Shown here piece by piece: positions 53,835 to 64,000 of a stretch of DNA of 64,000 bases. The notes beneath the pieces are model-generated. The model saw only the letters and a list, made by a program, of their open reading frames with translations. It was not told the DNA's origin and did no database searches. Numbering within the stretch: the stretch's first letter is position 1; every line of letters begins with the position of its first letter. A program made the position numbers and the translations under genes. The stretch comes from Eledone cirrhosa (taxonomy: Eukaryota): contig OZ024744.1 in the NCBI GenBank assembly GCA_964016885.1, forward strand, positions 67,828,001 to 67,892,000, given 5' to 3'.

Positions 53835-55330
53835 AAGACTATACATTTCAGACAACTGTAAGAGAATCTAAAATGACCGTCCAACTACACGCGGCAGAGA
53901 GATGTCACAGCGTTGAGCACATTATTGACAGGGAATAATGAAAGTCTATGTATATATATATATATATATACATAGACTTTATATATATATAAATCAAGAT
54001 GGATATAGTAAAAAACCAGTTAGACCATTACTCACCAGAGTACTCGATACTTGGGGTAGTAGAGTATGGTTATATGAAAGTATTGGGATCCAGATGGCTG
54101 AGCTCTTGCTGTTTCAACAGCTAGTTCCAGACTGGAACCAACTATTGAAACGGCAAAAGCTCAGCTGTCAGGTTCCCGACTCTTTCATATATTTATATAT
54201 ATAATCATCACCATCACCATCATCATTTAATATTTATTTTCCATGCTTATCTTGTTATGAGACATGTCAGATCAAGTGATCATGTCTTCTTTATATGAAT
54301 CTGTTTTGGGTCTAGTTTCTACAACTGGATGCCCTTTCTATGTGCATACCCATTCATTTAAAAATCTAGAGCTTTGAAAATTTACCACTTTGGATAAAAA
54401 AATATGGGAATCAAAAAATGAAAATAATAGAATATAAATTGTCATGGTTCATTTTACGATTCACCTACTCTTATCGATGTGAAAGATAGGAATGTAATCT
54501 TTGTGCAATGGAAGTACTTGAAATCTTGACAGGACAGAAATTACTAAATTCTAGACAAGATAGGATATTCAACTGTAAGCACAAATACCTAAAAACATTT
54601 TCTAATTATAATCCTAGGTAACCCATGATTTGAACCTATTTCTCAACCTCTATTTTTCTCTAAAATTCTCTATTCCTATCTCTTTCAAATAGCCTGTTTT
54701 ATTACACAGACAATTGAGGCCAATTTTCAGCTTCGTCTTTATATGTAGCTGTTATGCTGATACTAATAAAATTAATGACTTTACAACCTGTTTATTTTTC
54801 ATCACAATACCCACTCCCATCACTTATATGATCCTCTTTGATCTATAGATTAACTGTTTCCCAGCCAATGACATATCTTATTTATGTAGTACCAAAAATT
54901 GCTGGAAGCCCATCAGTCAAAATTCTAAATATCGTGTTTATTCTCTGAGGATTCGTTGAGTTAATCCAAGGGAGTGATTAGAACAATTAATATTTCTAAA
55001 CAACTCTCATAGACCCTGTGACGTAACTTGAACATGAAACATGTGTTAGAATGTATAATTAAATAAACTCTTCTTATTGTGCCTTGTCTGTTTTTCCTAA
55101 CATATTGATTTATGTATATGTGTGTATATATATACATATATACATGTGTGTATGCGTGTGTGAGTGTGTATGTACATGATGGGCTTCTACAATTTCTGTT
55201 TACCAAATTTCAATCATATAGTAGAAGATATTTGTCAAAGTAACAAAGTAGTGGGATCGAACCAGAAGCAAACTACTTAATCACACAGGCATGCCTGCAT
55301 TATATATATATATATATCATCAACATCATC

Positions 55331-55406
<76 letters not shown>

Positions 55407-55813
55407 ACAACACCATCATCATCATCATCATCATCATCATCGAGTTTTTTTATTAAGTAGGGGGTGGGCCCTGCTTGACAGTGGCTCCTTAGCATCCCAC
55501 TCCATGTATTTCCGTACTCCAGTCTCCCTTGGGCCAGGGCAAGCCTAGCTTGAACCCAATGGATATCAGTCCTATATATACTAATGAATTTATGAAATCA
55601 AACTGCCACAAGATGCTTTGTACATCTATGGCATCATAACACCATGCCACACACAATTTTATTCAATGATAACTGAAATGAATTCTAGAAACAGAGTATA
55701 TTCACACACATTTAGTGGTGTAGTGGCAATAATCAATCAAATTAATCAGGGTTATCAATAAAATGTATACAACTAATATCAACCAATTGATAATCAAATC
55801 AATTAATAATATT

Positions 55814-55892
<79 letters not shown>

Positions 55893-56200
55893 GAACAAAT
55901 AAAATTATCGAGAATCAGAACTTCGGCCCACGAAATAACGAAAAACCATCTTCGAAATGTGCGGCAAAGTGCTCAATGGTTCGGATGAACCAGAGCTATA
56001 ACTAACGTTTAATACCAAACACACTGAGACGATGTTTAAACAATCATTCGCACAGCCAAAAAATACGATCAAGTAATTCGGGTCAAACAAATAAAAATAT
56101 ACATGATTTATATATATATATATGTATATATGTCTCGGGTTTCCCGGACCCATGGTTTTTCGGACCCATGGCTTTTTACATATTCCTTTGTTATATTCCA

Positions 56201-56258
56201 ATACCTGATGATATCACCGGATTCATATGGAACCCGGTCATTGAAATGATCATAGTAT
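56201..56258 (+). ncRNA. Minimal hammerhead motif (stem III TGATCA)
   Basis: atac CTGATGA tatc-accgg-attcatatggaac-ccggt-catt GAAA TGATCA TA gtat. Confidence 0.7.
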
Positions 56259-56304
56259 AATAAACCTTTCAAGAATTTACACCAGTGCAGCCTACTGTTA
56301 TTTC

Positions 56305-56360
<56 letters not shown>

Positions 56361-56438
56361 ACACACACACACAGTCCCCTCTCAAATTCATCAATATCAA
56401 CCTCTAGCCCATGCTAGTGTGGAAAATAGATGTTAATC

Positions 56439-56489
<51 letters not shown>

Positions 56490-56889
56490 GAAGGTGCTTT
56501 GCTCAGAAGATGTGGGTGTTTTTTGTTGATGAAGTCATTGAAGAAAGGCTTATGGGGGATTTGGGTGATTTCTGGGAAGTATACAATGCCTGGTGGGTGA
56601 GCAGGCATGTAAAGTGTTCTGACTCGACATAACTAATGTGTTCCTACTTATGTATTTTTGGGCACCCAAAATGTGACTAGATTTTATATCACATATTGTG
56701 TTAATTAATATGTGCTTTATAATGATTTTATACTTATTTCAGGTTCGTTTTTTTTAAGCAAATTAATCTGTTTATTGTATAATGGCTTTGCCATATAACT
56801 TGTCCAGCCCACATGTCTTGTAACCCATGTGTTTTTAATGTTTACTGTATATTCTATGTGCAAGCCGTTGTAGTTAACAATGAAATCAT

Positions 56890-56931
<42 letters not shown>

Positions 56932-57329
56932 GATCACCAACACTACCATCACTATCACTAACTACTACCACCAGCACCACCACCCTCACCAGCACCATGA
57001 TCAACACCAACATCCCCAACACCACCACCACTACCACAACCACAACCATAACAACCACCCCCCAAAACCAACACCCTGACCCCAACCACCACTACAGTCA
57101 ACACCACCACCACTACCACCACCACCATCACCATCAACACCACCACCACTACTACCTTTCCTACTACTGCTACTGTTGTTGTTGTTGTTATTTATATTGA
57201 TATTATTATTATTATTATGGTGAAGATACTTGATAAGGACTGGTTGTTTGTTTGAAGTTGTATGACTCATAGAAGCAGGAAGGTAATTTAAGTTGAATCT
57301 TTCAGTTATTTACTTACTCATTTAATACT

Positions 57330-58805
57330 ATTGTTGTTGTTGTTGTTGTGGTGGTGGTGGTGGTGGTGGTGGTGGTGGTGGTTCTGGTTGTTTTTGGTGC
57401 TGTTGTTATTACTGTTGTTGTTGTTGTTGTGGTGGTGGTGGTGGTTGTTCTGGTTGTTTTTGGTGCTGTTGTTATTACTGTTGTTGTTGTTGTGGTGGTG
57501 GTGGTGGTGGTGGTGGTGGTTGTTCTGGTTGTTTTTGGTGCTGTTGTTATTACTGTTGTTGTTATTACTGTTGTTGTTATTACTGTTGTTGTTGTTGTTG
57601 TGGTGGTGGTGGTGGTGGTGGTGGTGGTGGTGGTGGTGGTTGTTCTGGTTGTTTTTGGTGCTGTTGTTATTACTGTTGTTGTTGTTGTTGTGGTGGTGGT
57701 GGTGGTGGTGGTTGTTCTGGTTGTTTTTGGTGCTGTTGTTATTACTGTTGTTGTTATTACTGTTGTTGTTGTTGTTGTGGTGGTGGTGGTGGTGGTGGTG
57801 GTTGTTCTGGTTGTTTTTGGTGCTGTTGTTCTTACTGTTGTTGTTATTACTGTTGTTGTTGTTGTGGTGGTGGTGGTGGTGGTGGTGGTGGTGGTGGTGG
57901 TGGTGGTGGTGGTGGTGGTTGTTCTGGTTATTTTTGGTGCTGTTGTTATTACTGTTGTTGTTGTTGTTGTTGTGGTGGTGGTGGTGGTGGTGGTGGTGGT
58001 GGTGGTGGTGGTGGTGGTGGTGGTGGTTGTTCTGGTTGTTTTTGGTGCTGTTGTTATTACTGTTGTTGTTGTTGTTGTGGTGGTGGTGGTTGTTCTGGTT
58101 GTTTTTGGTGCTGTTGTTATTACTGTTGTTGTTGTTGTGGTGGTGGTGGTGGTGGTGGTGGTTGTTCTGGTTGTTTTTGGTGCTGTTGTTATTACTGTTG
58201 TTGTTGTGGTGGTGGTGGTGGTGGTGGTGGTTCTGGTTGTTTTTGGTGCTGTTGTTATTACTGTTGTTGTTGTTGTGGTGGTGGTGGTGGTGGTGGTGGT
58301 GATGGTGGTGGTGGTGGTGGTTCTGGTTGTTTTTGGTGCTGTTGTTATTACTGTTGTTGTTGTTGTTGTGGTGGTGGTGGTGGTGGTGGTGGTGGTTGTT
58401 CTGGTTGTTTTTGGTGCTGTTGTTATTACTGTTGTTGTTGTGGTGGTGGTGGTGGTGGTGGTGGTTCTGGTTGTTTTTGGTGCTGTTGTTATTACTGTTG
58501 TTGTTGTTGTGGTGGTGGTGGTGGTGGTGGTGGTGGTAGTGGTGGTAGTGGTGGTTGTTCTGGTTGTTTTTGGTGCTGTTGTTATTACTGTTGTTGTTGT
58601 GGTGGTGATGGTGGTGGTAGTGGTGGTTGTGGTAGTGGTGGTAGTGGTGGTGGTGGTGGTGATGGTGATAGTAGTGGTTGTTGTTGTTGTTGTGGTGGTG
58701 GTTGTTATTGTTGTCACCATTTGTGTTGTTGTTGTTGTTGTTATTGTTGTTGTTGCTGTTGTTGATGTTGTTGCTGTTATTGCTGATGTTGTTGTTGTTG
58801 TTGTT
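57330..58805. repeat. Compound minisatellite: 15 anchors gttctggttgtttttggtgctgttgttattact separated by variable (GTT)n(GTG)n
   Basis: Directly visible. Explains the long poly-Thr/Val/Trp/His ORFs. Confidence 0.95.
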
Positions 58806-59727
58806 GCTTTCTTTCATGGGCAAAATCACATTTATTGATCTGGTGTGTATGTTTGTGTGTGGGTATGTGTGTGTGTGTATGTATGTGTGTGTGTGAATGC
58901 ATGTAAATGTCAGTATGCGTGCATGTGCACATGTTTGTGTGTGTGTGTGTGCACATGTTTTTGTGTGTGTGCACATGTTTGTGTGTGTGCACATGTTTGT
59001 GTGTGTGTGATTGTTTGTATGAGTATGTATGTGTGTGTGAGTGTGTATGCATGTGTGTGTATGCATGCAAATGTCTGTATGCAAATGTCTGTCTGTGTAT
59101 GTGTATGCATGTGCACATATGTGTGCGTGTGTGTGTGTGTATACATGTGTGTATGTGTGTGTGTGTGTGTATGCATGTGTGTGTATGTGTGTGCATGTGT
59201 GTGTGAGGGTTTGTGTGTGTATGTGTAAGTGTGTGTGTATGTGAGGGTGTGTATGTATGTGTATGTATTTGTGTGTGTGAAGGTAGGTGTGTGTATATGC
59301 ATGTGTGTGTGAGGGTTTGTGTGTGTATGTGTGTCTGCGTGTGTGTGTGTTTTTTGTAAGGTTTGTGAATGATGAAGGAATGAATACAATATGGAATGAG
59401 AAAAGGAGGAGAAGGAGAAAAAAATGAAAAGCTGAAGAAAATAGCAGATGACATAAAAAGACAGATAAAGATTGAGGAAGGTAGAAGGAAGAAAATAGAA
59501 GAAGGTAGAAGGAAGAAGATAGAAGAAGGTAGAAGGTAGAAGGAAGAAGATAGAAGAAGAAGAAGAAGAAGAAGAAGAAGAAGAAGAAGAAGAAGAAGAA
59601 GAAGAAGAAGAAGAAGAAGAAGAAGAAGAAGAAGAAGAAGAAGAAGAAAGTAGATGAAGAAGAAGAAGAAGAAGAAGAAGAAGAAGAAGAAGAAGAAGAA
59701 GAAGAAGAAGAAGAAGAAGATAGAAGA

Positions 59728-59758
<31 letters not shown>

Positions 59759-60099
59759 AAGAAGAAGAAGAAGAAGAAATGTACAGCTTCCTTATTTGCT
59801 CCTTGGAACAGCTTAAGATGAGCTTCCAATGAGTCATACCATATATATAAAGCCAGGTATTACAGAATTTTTCTTGGAGCAGTAGTTGTGTGTTTGTGTG
59901 TGTGTGTGGTGTATGTGTGTGTGTGTGTGGTTGTGTGTGTGGTGTATGTGTGTGTGTGTGAGTAGAAATGTAATCATATGTGTGTGTAGCTTTTTCTCTC
60001 CCTCTCTCTTACTCCCTATATCTATGTATCTATCTTTCTTTATGTGTGCATATCTGAATTTCACTGTCTATAAGTACCTATCTAATTATCCATGAATCA

Positions 60100-60164
<65 letters not shown>

Positions 60165-60283
60165 CTTCTTCCCCACTCTCATATTCTCTCTCATACTTTC
60201 TATCACTCACTCACTTTGCTCTATCCATCTATCTATATTTTGATCTAATTCTGTCTCTCTCTCTCTATATATATATCTATATC

Positions 60284-60321
<38 letters not shown>

Positions 60322-60385
60322 AAGAGATATATAGATATATAGATATATACATAACCTATATATATATATAGATAGATATATATCT

Positions 60386-60472
<87 letters not shown>

Positions 60473-60817
60473 TGTATATATATATATATTTTAGTCGATC
60501 GACTTTCGTCAAATCGGAGCGAGAAAACAATGTTTCCGTCGGTCTTTCCAGTTGCTAGTACTATCTATCGGTCGCAACTCCAGGTAGAAGGAGCAACGTG
60601 AAATAAAGTGTCTTGCCCAAGGACATAACGCATCACCCGGTCCGCGAATCTAACTCACAACCTCAAGATTGTGAATCCAATTCTCTAACCACTCAGCCAC
60701 ACGCCTTCACATATAATGATGATGATGATGTGTGTATGTGTGTGTGTGAGAGAGAAAGAGAGAGCTTGTGTATACTGATATACATAACCTATATATATAT
60801 ATATATGTATGCATCTA

Positions 60818-60915
<98 letters not shown>

Positions 60916-61169
60916 CATATATATATATATATATATATATAGGTTATGTATATCAGTATACACAAGCTCTCTCTTTCTCTCACACACACATACACACATC
61001 ATCATCATCATCATCATTGTCATCATCCTTTTGCACATGCACAAATGGAAATTAACAAAAATGCTGCCACAGATGGAAAACCATAAAATAAAACTATCGT
61101 TCAAGATATCCACCTGAAGAATGTTCCATTTAGCATAGAAATGAGTAATATTTATCTACTATACCTTAA

Positions 61170-62586
61170 TCTAATATATATTTGTGAAATGGGCGGTGGT
61201 TGAAATTCAGTTGTGCACGGTTAAATGGTAGGAGACGTGGTCGGACGGACATGAAAATGTACACACCTATGCAAAAAGTGCCAAGGAAGCAAATAGACGA
61301 GGTTTCAAATCTCTAACTTAAAAAATGTGGTCCCTAGGGCCCCCAAACTGTCTATTTACTATCGCTTCCGGTGAGTTATTTCCCCCTGTTCTAATACTTT
61401 TCCGTAGTCGCTTTCAATATTCAATGTCTTATTTACAATTTCATACAAATTTTCAAACTCATCAATATTTTCATAACATATCAAACACAACGTTCTTTCG
61501 CTGTTTTTGAAAAATATTATTAAAAGTTTATTATAAAGAAGCTGTTTCAGGAGAAAAAAAATAGAAATATGCACTTTGGGCTGGACGGCATACAATGAGA
61601 AGTGGAGCGACGTGAAAAGCGTTGTTTATTAACAGCGAAATAGCAATGTCGATGATATGCAAGTTTGAAAATGCAGATTATGAAGGTTTGTATGATAGTT
61701 TACACTTTGATTGCCCTGGTCAGCAAGAGGGGCCTCTATATATTAGACGTTTATTAGAAGAGGGGGAAATAACTAACCCCAGTATTAGAACAGGGGGTTC
61801 GCAATGTAAGGGTTTATTTCTTTTGTTAGAAAACAGTGACCTTTTTCGGTTTGGCGTTATCATTTTTATTTTTATTCTAATACATGTTAACCACCACTAA
61901 CAGTAAGTAGTATTTTTCAAAGTCAAATGAAAAGTTTAAAGAATACATGCATGTAAACTTAATGAATGGGATCTATAAGCCTTTGGGTTGCCGAGTTAAT
62001 TAATTCAGTTTAAAAAAAAATATTCATTGTCTTATTTAAAATAACATATCAAAGACAACGTTATTTTGCTGTTAATAAACTGTTGACTTCTACAGTACGT
62101 TTCATTTTCATTTAAATACTTCTATAACGATCATACAGTACCGTTTTATGAAATTGATTCTGCAGTAGAATTTTACGAAATTCCAAACCGAAAAAGGTCA
62201 CTGTTTTCTAACAAAAGAAATAAAACCCTTACATTGCGAACCCCCTGTTCTAATACTGGGGTTAGTTATTTCCCCCTCTTCTAATAAACGTCTAATATAT
62301 AGAGGCCCCTCTTGCTGACCAGGGCAATCAAAGTGTAAACTATCATACAAACCTTCATAATCTGCATTTTCAAACTTGCATATCATCGACATTGCTATTT
62401 CGCTGTTAATAAACAACGCTTTTCATGTCGCTCCATTTCTTATTGTACGCCGTCCAGCCCAAAGTGCATATTTCTATTTTTTTTCCTGAAACTGCTTCTT
62501 TATAATAAACTTTCAATAATATTTTTCAAAATATTAACTTAATAAAAAGTGGCCCCGCCCCGGGTGCAACCGGGCTCAGCTGCTAG
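61170..62586 (+). mobile_element. Non-autonomous Helitron with an internal inverted duplication of about 350 bp
   Basis: a|TCTAATATATA start. 3' cccgggtgcaaccggg-ctcagctg-CTAG|t. Confidence 0.7.
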
Positions 62587-62588
62587 TA

Positions 62589-62610
62589 TCTATATATATA
62601 AAACTGAGGA

Positions 62611-62708
<98 letters not shown>

Positions 62709-63237
62709 CGTGCGAGTTTGAATCCCTAAAACTCGAGAAGTACCCAACCGATTTTATTCAAACTTTACATGTGTATTACTTATGTTTCAGGAAGTGTTAT
62801 GCACAAAATTCAACTTTTTGATCCCCTAGGGCCCGCATTAGGTGAAAAACTGCATTTTTTCCAGCATTTTAGGGGTTTTTTGAGGCGTTACGTCAGACCG
62901 ATTTCCTTGAAATTGTAACTATGTATTAGTCAATCTCTTCTTCATACCGTGAACAAAGAGAATCCAACTTTTTTATGGCCTAGGGCCCGCATTAGGTGAA
63001 AAACTTCATTTTTTCAGCTTTTTAGGGCTTTTGGGGGCATGATGTTAAAATCGCATTCAGAGTTATTTCCCTTGGACTGCTTCATCGAGGAAAATCTTAA
63101 AGATTATCCAGCCATCAGAGTATTCGGTTTATTTTCTTTACATATTGTCCAGGCATGCAGTTTTTACATGATTAGGTCTGTTGGCGGCCCGCGTTCCAAA
63201 ATACCTTATCCCGTGCAACACCGGGTACCACTGCTAG
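62589..63237 (+). mobile_element. Non-autonomous Helitron
   Basis: a|TCTATATATATAAAA start, then (TG)n. 3' cccgtgcaacaccggg-taccactg-CTAG|t. Confidence 0.8.
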
Positions 63238-63641
63238 TATATATATAATAGGTAAACAGAAATAACAACATAATCGGTGCAGTATATGGAAGGGATATAT
63301 TAGTTTAACATTTGAAATAGCAATGCTCTAACCACTAAGCCATGTGCCTCCATAATATATATATATGATTCGGGGACTGTCTGCCATCGATATAACACAG
63401 AATTGGTAAACTGTCCCCAAATCGAATCAGCCCTCTATTTTCTATTTTCTACTTTCTATTCTTTGTTTGGGTTCAACGTAATCCTGTTATATAATTCTGC
63501 AAATAGCACCTGATGAAATCACCTAGTCTTGTATCGTAATCATGTGTGTGTGTGTGTGCACCTTATGTATGCTGCTTTCTCTCTCTGAGTTCAAATACTG
63601 CCGAGGTTGATAAATGAAATGTCAGTCAAGTACTGGCATCG

Positions 63642-63726
<85 letters not shown>

Positions 63727-64000
63727 CTCTCTCTCCTTCCCTCTCTCTCTCTCTCTCTCTTTCTCTCTATCTATCTTGGGCTCAGTTATCAAACTATGCA
63801 TAGTACTTTCACCCAGCCGTAGAAACCAAGCCAGAACCAGTTCTGTATTAGCAAGACATGCTCACCTGATCGGACGTGCCTCACAATGGGACAACTTATC
63901 TAACCCAAGCTAGTGTGGAAAAATGGATATTAAACAGTGATGATGATGATGATGATGATGATATATATATATATCATCATCATCATTTAATGTCTATCTT

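Noticed and set aside
61622-62416. Duplicated 72-92 aa ORFs on opposite strands (MFINSEIAMS..)
   Set aside because: Non-ATG starts, no recognisable domain and divergent ends. A by-product of the inverted duplication in a Helitron.

Overview
AT-rich, microsatellite-dense eukaryotic DNA. The SINE/LINE content points to an octopod cephalopod (Octopus-like); this is an inference. The only host coding sequence I can support is one 687-nt plus-strand exon (26773-27459) encoding the tandem DCX domains of a doublecortin/DCLK-family gene. The rest appears to be intronic or flanking DNA. It is filled with RTE, R4/Dong, Tx1, CRE and Penelope retroelement fragments, two tRNA-derived SINE families, non-autonomous Helitrons, piggyBac- and Tc1/mariner-type MITEs, two minisatellites and microsatellites. 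Most ORFs in the supplied track are microsatellite artefacts. The most notable signal is about 15 hammerhead-ribozyme motifs (CTGAnGA...GAAA...UH), many with different palindromic stem-III sequences. They often sit in or between inverted-repeat arms next to (TA)n tracts, and one element has a 14-bp TSD. This suggests families of small, non-coding, ribozyme-carrying Penelope-derived fold-back elements. All calls were made by eye, with no database search, and most repeat boundaries are approximate.
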